Origin: Rebecca billardiae RCC1528
Lineage: Eukaryota; Protista; Haptophyta
Length of the DNA: 64,000 bases
Direction of reading: 5' to 3'
Assembly (NCBI GenBank): GCA_965240325.2
Contig: OZ251222.1
Location: 2,852,001-2,916,000 of the forward strand
Shown here: piece after piece, positions 46,289 through 58,705 of the stretch
Layout: each line of letters starts with the position of its first letter
Numbering within the stretch: the first letter of the stretch is position 1
Translations under genes and position numbers: made by a program
The notes under the pieces: generated by a model
What the model saw: only the letters and a program-made list of their open reading frames with translations
Database searches by the model: none
What the model was told of the DNA's origin: nothing

Positions 46289-48657
46289 ATGGCGAGCTCG
46301 CTGCCATCGGAGCTGAACCCGATCAACCACCCGCGCTTCCTCGAGGTGGCGAAGGACAAGCTGCGTGTGCGGTACGTGGGCAAGGGCAACCATGCGCACG
46401 ACGTGGGAGCGATCCAGGCTAACAAGCCGGTGCCTTCCGACGCGTTCGTGTACTACTACGAAGTGACCGTCAACGATGCAGGCTCTCGCGGGTGCGACGC
46501 GCTCGCGCGCCGGCCGGCGGCGCAGCGAGCTGCCCACACTCACTGCGCGCGGTTCTGCGCGCACGCCCTGCTCGCTCCGCGCGCGCAGGAGCTTTGCCGT
46601 GGGCTTTGCCGATGCACACTTTGAACTCACGCGGAAGCCAGGCTGGGACCCTGGGTCGTACGGCTACCACGCCGACGACGGCCACAAGTACGCCGGCTCC
46701 GAGCGCGGAGAGGCGTACGGTCCGCCGTGCAGCGCGGGTGACGTGATCGGCTGCGGCATCCGCTTCGACGACTGCTCCATCTTCTTCACACGGAACGGCG
46801 TGTTCCTCGGCAGGGCGTTCACGTACCCGCCGTCGCTGCAGCTGTACGCGACCATCGGCCTGCACTCGCCCAACGAGTCGCTGAGCGTCAACTTCGGCGG
46901 GCCGACCGGCGCGCCGTTTGTGTTTGACGTGGAGTCGCACGTGGCGCGCGAGAAGGCGCGCATGTACGAGTCACTCAGCTCCTTCGACGTGCCCGTGGAC
47001 GACCTGCTGTCCCTCGTGCGCAGCTACTGCCTGCACTTTGGGTACGCGCAGACGTACGCAGCCCTGCCCAGCGGCAGCAGTGGCGGACCGGCAGCGGAGC
47101 AGCAGCCAGGCCAGGTCGACGCGTCTGCGCCCGCGTGCGAGCCGGAAGCCATGCGCTCCTCGGCCGCCGAGGGCAAGCGCATCGCCAACGGCGAGGCCGT
47201 GCCCAACGGCGCGCCGCCGAATGGGAACGCGGACGTGCCGAACGGCCGGGTCGCCGCCCCGGCGAGCGAGCTCGACGCTCTGCCCGCCAACGGCGCCAAC
47301 GGCGGCGTCGCGAATGGGCGTGGTCCCGCCACGGGCGGCGCCGGCAGCACCAGTCCCGGGTGGCGCGGCGGCAGCGCCGGCGTGAGAGTCGTCACCCAGC
47401 AGGCGCGCGAGCGGGCACTCGCGTCACTCCGGGACCGGCACGCCGTGCGGGAGCGCGTCATGCGCGGCGACATTGACGGGTGCATGGCGCTGCTGCGGGA
47501 GCGCTTCCCTTCGGTCCTCGACGCTCAGCTGCCGCCCGCCCGCACGGCCCCAGGCCCGGAGCCTACCAGCGGGGCGGCCCACCTCTCGCCGGGCTCGTCG
47601 CGTGGCCGTGCCGCGATGGAGGTGTCCGAGGCCGATCCGACGTCGCCTGTGCTCACGCCGGGCAGCAGCGCGCCGCCCAACGACGAGGACGCCAGCGCCG
47701 CCGACCTCCGCCGGCTGCTGCTCCATCGGCGCTCCACTATGGACTCGGAGCTCGAGGAGATCCCGTCGATGGGCGGGACGCTGCGAGCTGCGGGCCACGC
47801 GGCGGCCGAGCCGGCGGGCGGCCGCGGCGCTGCCGACCAGGACGGCGCGTCCGCGACCGCGCCGCTGAGCCACGAGCAGCTGATGCAGCAGAAGTGGCGC
47901 GCGCTCTTCCAGCTCAAATGCCAGGGCTTCGTTGAGCTCATCCGCCGCCGACAGCTCCTCGAAGCCGTGACGTACGGCCAGACACAGCTCGCGCCGCTGC
48001 GCGACACGCTCGCCGGCGCTGGCACCGGCGCGAGCGCAGACGCGCGTGAGCACCTCGAGAGCGTGGTCGCGCTGCTCGCGTACGCGGGGCTGGAAGGCGA
48101 CGAGATGGTGCCGGACGACGCGCCGCACGACCATTGCGGCCTGCGCACGATGACCGTGCCTAGCACGCACGGCTCGTACTCGCGGGCGCGGGGCACCCCA
48201 TCCGCGCGCTCGCCGGATCGGCGTCCTGCGTCCGCTGAGCAGCGGCCGCTGCCATCGCGTGCGCACGCGACAGGGACCGCAGCGCATGCGGCATCTATTT
48301 TCGACTCGCGCCCCGGAGCGGAGGTATGCTCGCCTCGGGATGCGAGTACGGCGGATCGGGCAGAGAGCGTCAAGCATCTGATGTCCTACGAGCAGCGCGA
48401 GCGCACGGCCGATCTGATCAACGCAGCTATTCTCGGTGCGCGCCGCGCTGCGCGCGCCGCGCCTTCTTGCACGATGAGCCACGCATGCGCGCACCTGACC
48501 TGGCGCCATGCCCCGCGATGCGCTTCTCCTTGCAGCGGAGATCGGCGTCGACTCCACCTCCGTCATCGAAGGATTGATACGGCAGCTCTTCGTCACGCAT
48601 GAGGTCGGCAGGGAGGCCAATGGCGGACGAGGGGAGATCCTGAGCATCTCCGTTTGA
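46289..48657 (+). CDS. RanBP9/RanBP10 (GID1)-like SPRY-LisH-CTLH-CRA protein; introns 46492-46588 and 48436-48535
   Basis: SPRY (YYYEV, PGWDPGSYGYHADDG, GDVIGCG, FFTRNG, VNFG), LisH LVRSYCLHFGYAQT, CTLH (GDID...LFQLKCQGFVELI), CRA (ALLAY...QRERTADLINAAIL). Confidence 0.92.
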
Positions 48658-49294
48658 CGAATTTGATGGTCGTCATTATATTGATGAATTTATTGATGAC
48701 TGGACGCACTAGTTACCGACCGTCCGACGCGCGACCGACGAGACTACGGGCCCACGGCCACGGCCCAGGGTTCAGCGGCGGGCGGGACCCGGACCGCGGC
48801 GTTACCGGGCAACACGGCCGACAGCCTCGCACGGGACGGCCCGTGACGGGCTGCCACGGACGGCCGCCGGCCCGCGCCGCCGGGGCCGTGGCCCGCGTGG
48901 GCGGGCTCACAGTCACTGTGACTGGGCCACAGTCTCGGCCCACCGTCACTGTCACCCCGGGTCACCGTCACACTCACTCTCACAGTCACTCGTCAGTCAC
49001 CCCTCGCCGCACGGAGCCGGGCGCGTCGAACACGGTAGTAGCGACTTAGTAGACCGGACCGTAACCGTCGTACCGCTACTCTAGCTACTACGACTGCTGA
49101 TATGCGGCTGCTTGATTTAAAGGCGCGGGCGTAAGCTTGGGACCACCTATGCATATGCTGCTATATCGATCAGACGATGCGACTACTACTAGCTTACATG
49201 ATGAGACTGACTACAGCCAGAACTACATCGCACGTCGTCAGTCACGACTCACGTCTGAGGTCGTCTGGCGGCAGGCTGAGGCACAGCAGAGTAC

Positions 49295-50002
49295 TTACGC
49301 CGCAGCAGAGAGCTGCTCAAGGATAGCGATGCGCTGGAAGAGCCACTTCTTCAAGTCTGGCGCCATCGAGTTGCCCTTCATGCCCTGCAAGCGCGTCAGC
49401 TGGGACTTGACGTCGTCAGCAGATGCAGCCTTCATCTTGGTGATGTAGCCAAGCTCCTTCTCGCTGCATGGCTCGGTGTCCTCGAGCGTGCACTTCGCGC
49501 TCAGATTTTCTGTGACGAACTTCTTCAGCGAGTCGAGGTCCCTCCCACCCGAGTACTTCTCGCCGTCGGGACCCGTCTCCGCCGTGAAGTACTTGAGCGT
49601 GGGGTATCCGCGCACGCCGTGCTTCTCGCAGAGGTCCTTGCTCTCATCGGCGGTGCAGTCGACATCCCCAATGACGACCCTCTTCGAGTCCGCATACTCG
49701 TCACCAAGCTCGTCCCAGGCAGGCTAAAGATGTGAACACAAGCGCGCGAGGCGGTATGGGCGCAGGGCGTGTCATAAATAGGGAGCGGTGATAAGTCCGA
49801 ACTGCCGGACAGCTGGGTGGGCGCGCGCCGTGCATCGCACCTTCATGGCCTTGCAGTGCCCGCACCATGGCGCGAAGAACTTCACTGCTGCGTTTTTGCC
49901 AGCGTTCACCACCGCGTCGTCGAACGTCTTGCCCGTGAGCTCGACGGCTCCGGCGCTGACGGCAGCCGGCAGCAACGCGAGTGCGAGGAAGGAGCGCGCC
50001 AT
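49295..50002 (-). CDS. Single-thioredoxin PDI-like protein (WCGHC); intron 49724-49840
   Basis: Signal peptide, KFFAPWCGHCKAMKPAW, DVDCT, GVRGYPTLKYF, YSGGRD, helical C-terminal domain. Confidence 0.93.
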
Positions 50003-50139
50003 CCCTTCCAGACGCGTCCGGGATCGGGCGCCCCGGCTGCAGCGTTGCCTCTCGCCGCGGCGGCAGCGTTGGCCAGCGTGGCGCTGACGACCACGGCGCC
50101 GCGATTTGTTTTCTTCGACCGGGAAAAAAAATCTGCACG
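50003..50139. promoter_or_regulatory. 137-bp bidirectional promoter, PDI-like / MFS
   Basis: Divergent ATGs 137 bp apart, with T- and A-tracts (TTTGTTTTC, GGGAAAAAAAATC). Confidence 0.5.
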
Positions 50140-51615
50140 ATGGCTGCCACGATGCCCGCGCCAACTCGCACCAACGCGCAAATCGTGGGGGAAGCCGTCG
50201 GCGCTCTAGAGCTCACGAGGTTCCACTGGGTGCTCTGGGTGGGCGCAGCTTCGGTCTACGCTGCGTGCGCGTGCACGGCGGGCGTGATGCCATTTGTGAT
50301 GCAGTCCATTCGCGAGGAGCTTGAGCTCAGCCCGTTCGACGAGGGTGTCTTGTCCTCCTGCATCTTCTGGGGCATGGCAGTTGGATCTGTACTGTCAGGA
50401 CCGGCTTCGGACCTCACTGGGCGCCGGCCACTCCTGCTCACCAGCTTGCTCATGCTCGCGCTCGTGCAGCTCGCCATCGGGGCCGTCGGCAGCGCCAGGG
50501 GGCTCGCGATCGTGTTCCTGCTGAGGGGCGTTGTCTACTTGACATGCGAGAACGTGTCGAAGTCTCTGCTCGCGGAGTGCCTGCCAACGGACCGACGCGG
50601 ACTGCTTCTGAACGCGATACACCCTATGTGGCAGGTGGGCGCCGCCCTCGGCATCGCCACGACCTTGCTTGGACACAGCTATCGTGTGCTCGGACCAGCA
50701 TGCGCTCTCGCGCCGGCCATCTCCCTGCTCGTGACGTCTGCGGTGAGCATCGAGTCACCAATGTGGCTGCTCCAAGCGCGGGGCCCCCGGGCCGCGCAGG
50801 ATTCGATCTCCGCGCTAACCGCCAAGTGTGGGCTGCCCCCGCCGGCCGCACCTCTCTTCGGGCCGGCCGCTGACGTCGAGCTCACGTCAACACCCGGGAC
50901 TAGCCAGCGGCAGGCCGAGCCGGAGCCGAGTTCGAGCTCCAATGATCTGCGCACTTTGCCACCCAGCGGGCGTAAAGTGGGACTCCGCGCCGCCTCGATG
51001 CCGCGCGCGTGCCTGCGCTACGCGACGCGCGAGCTCAGGGTGCTCCTGCACCCAGACCTGCGCACGCTCAGCCTGATCACCTCGAGCCTGTGGGCATGCC
51101 TGGCGTTTGCAGCTCTGTCCAACGACTTCCTCCTCATCCGCTATTTGGCGTTCACAGGCCGCGCGGAGCTCGAGCGCGCCGTCACGTTGGCAATGTATGG
51201 CTTCAAGCTGCTCGGCGGGGTCCTCGGCGCAGGCGTAGTGGACCGCATCGGGCGCCGCCGTGTGCTCATCCCCTGCTTCCTGGCCACCGCTGCGGGCACG
51301 CTGCTGTTTGTGGCCGCGCGCAGCACGCCCGTCCTCTTCCTCGGCCTGTGCGTACTGTACATGGCCAACGAGGTCTTGTGGTCGACGGTCATGACGTACA
51401 CGTGCGAGGCGTTCCCGACCTCGATCCGTGCAAACGCAGTGGGCGTCCTTGTCGCAACTGGGAGGATCGCAGCTGCCATCGGCGTGGCGGTCGGCCCCGA
51501 GTTGATGACCATGGGCGCTGCTGTGCCGTTTGCTCTCAACGCGCTCATCTTCACGCTCGGGGCGGGGCTCTCCGCGTGGCTGCCGTCAGAGACCTCCGGC
51601 AAGCCGATGACTTGA
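50140..51615 (+). CDS. MFS transporter, SVOP/sugar-porter-like
   Basis: About 12 TM. SDLTGRR, ECLPTDRRG, ESPMWL, VDRIGRR, YTCEAFPTSIRA, LPSETSGK. Confidence 0.93.
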   Translation: MAATMPAPTRTNAQIVGEAVGALELTRFHWVLWVGAASVYAACACTAGVMPFVMQSIREELELSPFDEGVLSSCIFWGMAVGSVLSGPASDLTGRRPLLLTSLLMLALVQLAIGAVGSARGLAIVFLLRGVVYLTCENVSKSLLAECLPTDRRGLLLNAIHPMWQVGAALGIATTLLGHSYRVLGPACALAPAISLLVTSAVSIESPMWLLQARGPRAAQDSISALTAKCGLPPPAAPLFGPAADVELTSTPGTSQRQAEPEPSSSSNDLRTLPPSGRKVGLRAASMPRACLRYATRELRVLLHPDLRTLSLITSSLWACLAFAALSNDFLLIRYLAFTGRAELERAVTLAMYGFKLLGGVLGAGVVDRIGRRRVLIPCFLATAAGTLLFVAARSTPVLFLGLCVLYMANEVLWSTVMTYTCEAFPTSIRANAVGVLVATGRIAAAIGVAVGPELMTMGAAVPFALNALIFTLGAGLSAWLPSETSGKPMT

Positions 51616-51640
51616 CGATTGATGAATTCATCGTCATGAA

Positions 51641-51768
<128 letters not shown>

Positions 51769-51924
51769 TCTGCTTTATAATAGGTACTAGACATCACATA
51801 TATATATATTGATGACAGTACTGACACTGCTGCGCCAGACAGAATCTTGACTTGTGAAGCGCGTACGTGCTGCATGCACCGCCGGTCCAGCAGACGACAG
51901 CTTGGCTGTTGGCACCGGCACTGG

Positions 51925-52225
51925 TCATGAAGACGCACCTGCAGCCGTCGCAGCGCCTGTCGTCTGTGCGGGCTGCGCTGCCGACGCATCAACGTTGGCG
52001 CTTCCTGCCGTGCCATTCGCAGCAGCTCCTGCAGAGCCGCCATTCGCGGATGGCCGCGCGCCGTCACCTGCAGCATGTTCTTTGGTGTCAGCCGCAGCCG
52101 TTGCATTCGGAGCCTGCACGGACGCGCGCGCGCCTTTGTCCGCCTTGTGGTGGCCGCGATGATGCTTGTTACCGTGGCCGTGGTGCCCGTGGCCATGCCC
52201 GTTGTGGCCATGGCCATGGCCGCCA

Positions 52226-52303
<78 letters not shown>

Positions 52304-53431
52304 CCGGCAGCGGCAGCGGCAGCGCCGCCACCGCCGCCACCACCGCCGCCGCTCCCGCTGGAGCTGTTCAGGCTCTCGACACCGAACACGCGCATGATCT
52401 GCATCTGCGCCTGGTGGGAGAACATGTGCGACTTCTCGATGAACTCGGTGTCAGTCACCAGCTGTGGCGACTGCTTCGCACTGCTGCCCTTCCCAGACGC
52501 GGGCGGCTGCTGGGGCGCCTCGGCGCTCGCCATCTCCGCGGCCTGCGCGAGCACGCTGTCCAGCTCTAGGATGTCGCGAAACTGGGTCCTGCGCACGAAC
52601 GCGCACAGCGGCAAGGGCGCGCGGCGTGCTCAGCCACGGCGGGCGCACACGCACAGGCGCAGAAACCGTGCATGCATGCGGAGGTCCTGCGTGGGCACAC
52701 ACCTGAGGCGCTCCTTACGCGAGGCGTCCTGCTTGGCGTCGGCGAACCACAGCGCGATGAACGCGTTGTTCTTTGCGCCGACCGTCAGCGAGCACCCCAT
52801 CACGCCCGCATCCTCGAAGGCCTCGCCAAGCGTGGCGAGCAGCTGCGCGCACCAGACAGCAAGCGGCAAGGGTGTCCCGCGCGATCGCATGAGCCGTGCG
52901 GCGCGCGTGTGCGCGCACGAGCGCGCGGGTGGGCGCGCGACGTGTGTGCTTGAGCATGTGCAATGACATGCCGGGGGATGAACGTGAGCGCGCACCAGCT
53001 TCTCCCACAGCCGCGAGCAGCTGCTGAACGTCTTTGCGATGCGCACCATCCATGCGCCCGCCGTCGGATGGCCCTTAAAGCCCTCGCCCTTGAGGGGGTA
53101 AGCCTCCCGCCAAAAGTGGAGGGAGGTGTTGCTGACGATGTCCTGCGGGCGCTCCAGATGCACGTAGTGCCTACGGGCGCGACGTAGGGCGACCGTGTTG
53201 GAAGACTGGCCGGGCGCAGGTGCGGAGGGAATCGGGCGCGTGCTGCGCTTACTGCCAGAAGCCTTCGACCGTGTTGAAGCGGCCTATCAAGCGCGGGTAC
53301 TCATTCTGCTTGGCCTTGTGGCCGCTGGCAGATGATGCCTTGACCTTCTTGTCGTACCACACGGCCCAGGTCGAGTGCAGCGGGTGGCCACCTGGGAAGT
53401 CCAGCTCGACGGGGATGGGAGACTGCTCCAT
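51925..53431 (-). CDS. Divergent eIF4E-family protein with poly-Gly/His tail; introns 53171-53252, 52843-52995, 52589-52702
   Basis: HPLHSTWAVWY, FNTVEGFW, GAW, LWEKLLLATLGEAF, IALW after splicing. Confidence 0.85.
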
Positions 53432-55156
53432 CGTGGCCACGTGGGTTGGTTTCGTTCGCGGGAAAGCTGATGAAAGCAGCGCCCAGCCTCCGGACCGGGA
53501 GGCCACTTCACCGAAATCCAGGTTGGGCAGGATCTCCGCCGCACTGGTGGCAGGATGTCGCAGATTCTGCCCGCCCGCCGAGGCGGGCAGGATCTCTCCC
53601 GGTCTTTCGCCGCTGACAAAACTTTCGGAAACGAAAGTCTCGCCGGGGCGCACCCGGTCTTCCCGCCCGGTGGCGAGGGGCGCGCGGGGGCGCTGGCTGG
53701 CGATCCGAAGAGCAGTAGCTCGCGACCTCGCTTGAGCGGCGGCAGCGGCGCTTCTGCATGTCGTGTACCATCCACGCGGCTGTGCGCGATCGCGCGGTCC
53801 CGTTCGTCGCCACGCCGCGCGCGACCGCTCAGCGGCCACGACCTTTCTGCACTGCATGCACGCCTTGCAAGCGCTTGGCGGCGGAGAGCCCAGAGAGCCC
53901 GTCATGCGCGTGACGAGCGCGCGTGATGGGTTGCACTGATAAGAACACCGCCCTTCGCGGGCATTCCGATTAGCCCATCCAACATTCCGACCATTCCCTA
54001 CTGCTGCAAGATGGTCACCGCCTGCCCTCACGGCCATCGAGTTGTGGACAGTACAGCGTAACGTAACGTAAGCCGTTACGTTCTCAACGATCGGCAAGCC
54101 CGCGAGCGCGCGCCCGAACGCGTGCTCGAGCGTGCGCGCCGTGCTCGCATCGAGCTCACTCTCAATCGATGGCAGAGTAAAGCCGCGCGCGCTGTCGAGC
54201 GCGGGCAACTTGTTCTCCGCAGTGTTGCACAAGTGCCTCGCCGTCGGCACGCAGCCATTTGCAAGGTCCCCGGCCCAGACATTGCGCGCGAGCGCCGCCA
54301 GGCAGGCTGCCAGGATGAGCGCCGCGAGGGCGGCGAGCACACTGGTTCCGGCCAGGCCGAGCCTTTGCCCGCATCCGGCATAACTCGGAGCGTTGCGCCA
54401 GCTGGACAAACGCGAAGGGACCCACCGTCCAGGATCCTTGGACTTGTGGAGGGCCCCGGCGAGACCTGCACTCGGATCGGGGCCCTCTCCCGCTGTGCCG
54501 CTTGCGGCGCACGCCTGACCGGTGCGGCGGGCGACGTGTGCGCACGCCGTGCAGCTCGCGGCGCGTGCGCGTTGGCTAGATGGCACACGTCTCCCGACGC
54601 ACAAGTCGAATGACCGCAGCTGGGATGCCCTTTCGCGCCGCAAGGACGCTTGCGAGGCCGGTCGCGCGGCCGAGCGGCGTGGCCGTGCCGCCTGCACGCA
54701 GTGCGCCCATGGACTTGGCTTCGCCGCGCGCGCTGAGGCTGGCGAGCGTCACGGCCGAATTCTACGACGCGCGCGGCGCGCCATCTGCCTGCTTCCTTGC
54801 CTCCGACGCACGTTTTCTGCGGGCAGCGGCGACTCGCCCGCCCATGCGGCGGCGAGCCGCCATCCACCGCGCTTCGCCCTAAACAGAGCGCGGAACATTT
54901 CGTTTTGAAAAGCGCAGATCTGAAAAGACCGGAGGGCGTTTGTCCAGCTGGCGCAACGCCCCTGTGATGCATCAAGGGTTTCGTTTGCCTTGGGCATGCA
55001 GTATCTGATTAGTTGATTTGCGGGTACTCCCATTATTGGACGCACACAGGCGGGTAGCCGACTAGCCGGATGGGTATGATTTTGCTCATCGACATCAGGG
55101 TTACTGTGCGAAGGCAAGCAACAGCGGAGCGGGCAACACGTTGTGCCTGCGACGCG

Positions 55157-58100
55157 ATGGGATGCGGCGGATCGGTCGTCGGTCCGCCGGCCAACAGCGG
55201 CGCACACATCGATGCAGCTGCTGACACGCACTCGTCGGGCGAGGCAGCCCCGCAGGCCATCCCGGCGCCGGGTCACAGCCGAGACGCCGTCGCGCGCCCG
55301 AATCGCAAGATGAGCGCAACGCAGCGGCAGGCAGAGCGGCGCGTGGGTGTGAGGTGCGGCGCTCGTCTCCCGATTCGGGCGCGTCCCGCGACCCCGTCCC
55401 AGCCTTTCCCCCGCGCGCGCCCTGTGCTATCTGTGCGGAGAGCTCACGAGAGCGTTGTGCCCGCCCGTGGCCCCATGCACCGCTCATCGCACGCATTCTC
55501 GTCATCATGTGCCGCTTGCGTGCGCCGGACCATCCGCGCACACCGGCGCGCGCCCACCCGCGGGCAGCGCGGAGACATTCGACACCAACGAGCAGGCGGA
55601 ACGCAAAGTGGTGCCCAAGTCGGGCGAAGCGCGCACGCGCGTGCGCCAGCTGCTCATGGCCACCTCCTTCTTCTCCGACGCCGACAAGGCGGACGCGCAG
55701 CGCATGACGCAGCTGATCGACGCGTTCGAGGAGCTCAGGGCGGAGGCAGGCACGAACATCATCACGCAGGGGGAGCAGGGCGACTCCTTCTACCTCGTCG
55801 AGTCGGGCCAGTACGAGGTGCTCATCCTCACCGACGCGCGCAACCCGTTCAAGTCGTGGTCGAGCAGCGAGGAGTACGAGCGCGTGTGCATGGGCACGCA
55901 CGGGCCGGGCGAGTCGTTTGGCGAGGTGGCGCTCATGTACAACACGGCGCGCAGCGCGACGGTGCGCTGCGTCGAGGAGGGCGTGCTGTGGCGGCTCGAC
56001 CGCGCATCGTTCCGCGCGATCGTGCTCGCGTCGGAGGTCTCGACGATCGCGCGGCGCGAGGCCTTCCTCAAGTCGATCGAGCTCTTCTCCGCGCTCACGG
56101 AGCGCGAGCGCTCGCAGCTGGTGCCGCTGCTCACGGAGGAGAAGTTCGCCGACTCGGAGTACATCGTCTCGGAGGGCGACGTGGCGGACTGCCTGTACCT
56201 CGTGTACGACGGCGAGGTGGTGTGCCACAAGAACGAGGTCCCCGCCCCGACCACCTCCTCCGCGGCCTCCTTCCTCAAGGCGAGGGAGGTGCAGATGGGC
56301 AGAGCCGCGTTCACGCTCGCGCGGCGCGGCACCGAGGACATCATCGCCCGGCCCGTGCAGCGCGGGCAGGACCTGATGCGGCTGGCGACGGGGGACATGT
56401 TCGGCGAGTCGTGCCTGCTCAACACCACCGAGGGCCTGAAGAGCGGCAAGGAGATCCAGGAGCGGCGCAAGGCGAACGTCGTCGCGGTCGGCAACGTGAT
56501 GATGCTCAGGCTCGCCCGCGAGGACTTTGAGCGCGTGCTGGGCACGCTGCGGGACGCCATCTCGTCCGGGCTGAAGAGCAAGATCCTGCGCGCGGTGCCG
56601 CTGCTGGGCGAGCTGCCGATCACCGAGCGCGAGCAAGTCATCGGCCTCTTCACCGACGTCACGTACAAGCGCGGCCAGGACATTGTCGTCGAGGGCGACG
56701 CGCGCAAGGACGAGCGCCGCTTCTACATCATCGAGGAGGGCTCGGTCGACCTGTACCAGACGCCGGCCCGCGGCACGCGGCAGGAGAAGTTCGCGTCGCT
56801 CGGCCGCGGCGAGTTCTTCGGCGAGCGCTCGATCCTCACGGGCGAGCCGCCCGTCGCCACCGTGCGCGCGGCCTCGGACGTCGTGCGGTGCGTCGCGCTC
56901 GCGCAGTCCGACTTTGTCAAAAGCTTTGGCTCGGTGGAGAAGTTCCTGCAGCGCGAGATGACCAAGCGCGACCGGACCAACCTGCAGGCGCAGAAGAGCG
57001 CCGTGCCGTTCCACAAGCTCGAACTCATCGAGGTGCTGGGCACGGGCTCGTTCGGCCGCGTGCAGCTCGTGAGCGCGCCCAACGGCCGGTCGTACGCGCT
57101 CAAGTGCATGCACAAGGCGAAGCTGGTTGAGCTCAAGCAGGTCGAGCACGCGAACAACGAGCGGCAGCTCATGCTCATGTGCGACCACCCGTTCGTGCTC
57201 AAGCTGCACGCGACGTACCAGACGGAGGACGAGGTGTTCCTGCTGATCGACCTCGTCCTCGGCGGCGAGCTCTTCTCGCTGCTCGGCACCGTGCGCGAGA
57301 CTGGCGGCTTCTCCGAGCCCGCGACGCGCTTGTACGCCGCGTGCGTCGTCTCGGCGATCGGCCACATGCACGACCGCGAGATTGTGTACCGCGACCTCAA
57401 ACCGGAGAACCTGCTCCTCGACGAGCGAGGCTACCTGCGGATCGCGGACTTGGGCTTCGCCAAGATTGTCAAAGATCGCACCTTCACGCTGTGCGGCACG
57501 CCCGACTATCTCGCGGTGCGCGCGCCCCGCACGCGCCTCGACCCCTCCCACCCCCGCGCGCGTGCGCGCACGGCCGTGGCACGGCGGCGCGCATCCGGCT
57601 TTGCGGCGCGCATCCGGCCCAGCGTGCGGCGCCGCTGATTGCCTTCTGGTGTGGCACCGCGTGACCCTCGCGCCGATGCCGACGCGCCTGCCCGCTCCTG
57701 CGCGTGCCCGCAGCCCGAGATGGTCAACCACAAGGGCCACAACCACTCGGTCGACTGGTGGGCGGTCGGCGTGCTGATTTTCGAGCTGGTGACCGGCCTC
57801 TCCCCGTTCTGGGCCGACGAGCCGGTCGGCATGTACAAGCGCATCCTCGCCGGGAGTTTCAGCTGGCCCACTGAGAAGGTGCTCTCCGCCGAGCTGATGG
57901 ACCTCATCACGCAGCTGCTGAACGTGAACCCGTCCAAGCGGCTCGGAGCGGACCGCCAGGGCGCCAAGGCGGTGCGGGACCACGCCTTCTTCCGCAAAAT
58001 GAACTGGGAGAAGCTCCTGCGCAGGGTGTGTGCAAGCATGCACGCCGCCGCTCACCTGCGCTCTCGCCGCTCACCGCTCGCCGCACGGCGCGGGTGCCCA

Positions 58101-58307
58101 CGGATGCTCACGTGTGTGCGCGTGCCGCAGGAATTGCCCGTGCCGCACATACCAAAGATCAAAGGCAAGCAGGACACGTCCAACTTTGAGGGCATCGACG
58201 CGCGGGAGGCGAAGGCTCTGGACAAGGAGGCGGCCAAATGGAGCCAGGCCGCAAAGGAGTTGAGGCGGACGGATGACAGCTTCGACAAGCAGTTTGCCAA
58301 TTTTTAG
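55157..58307 (+). CDS. Cyclic-nucleotide-dependent protein kinase (3 CNB + AGC kinase, PKG-like); introns 55354-55567, 57516-57713, 58026-58130
   Basis: MGCGGS acylation motif, RRVGVSAE, three FGE-containing CNB domains, GTGSFG, YRDLKPEN, DLG, TLCGTPDYLAPE, C-terminal FANF. Confidence 0.93.
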
Positions 58308-58705
58308 GGGGTACAGTACGCCTGCCGCCCCTGGCACGGCTCGTGGTACTCCGCGACTGCCCTGCCTTAATAACCGTGTGAGTGCCTGCTAGCTTGTGCA
58401 ATGGAAGCGCTGCCCGTCACAGGCAGTGCGGGCAGCCATCGTGTCGTGTCGACCACAGCCGGATGAAGCAAGCGCTGCAAGCCGGTCCCGACGAAAACCG
58501 CCCAATAAAAAAAAACCATGCGTCGTCGCGACTCGCGATGTTTTTTTTCTATAGCTCTGGATCCAGATCGGGAGATCAGCTGAATGAGAAAAGAAAAAGA
58601 CAGGCGGTCTCGGCCGCGCCGCCGCGCTAGCTCTGGACCACGCGGCCGCCCTCGCGCGACGGGCGGACGGCTACGTGCACGGCCAAAGCTTCCTGTGGTG
58701 TCGCG

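Noticed and set aside
53700-54710. Possible minus-strand gene (hydrophobic VLAALAALILAACLAALA...) upstream of eIF4E
   Set aside because: No confident start, splice model or family motif; may be real but unsupported.
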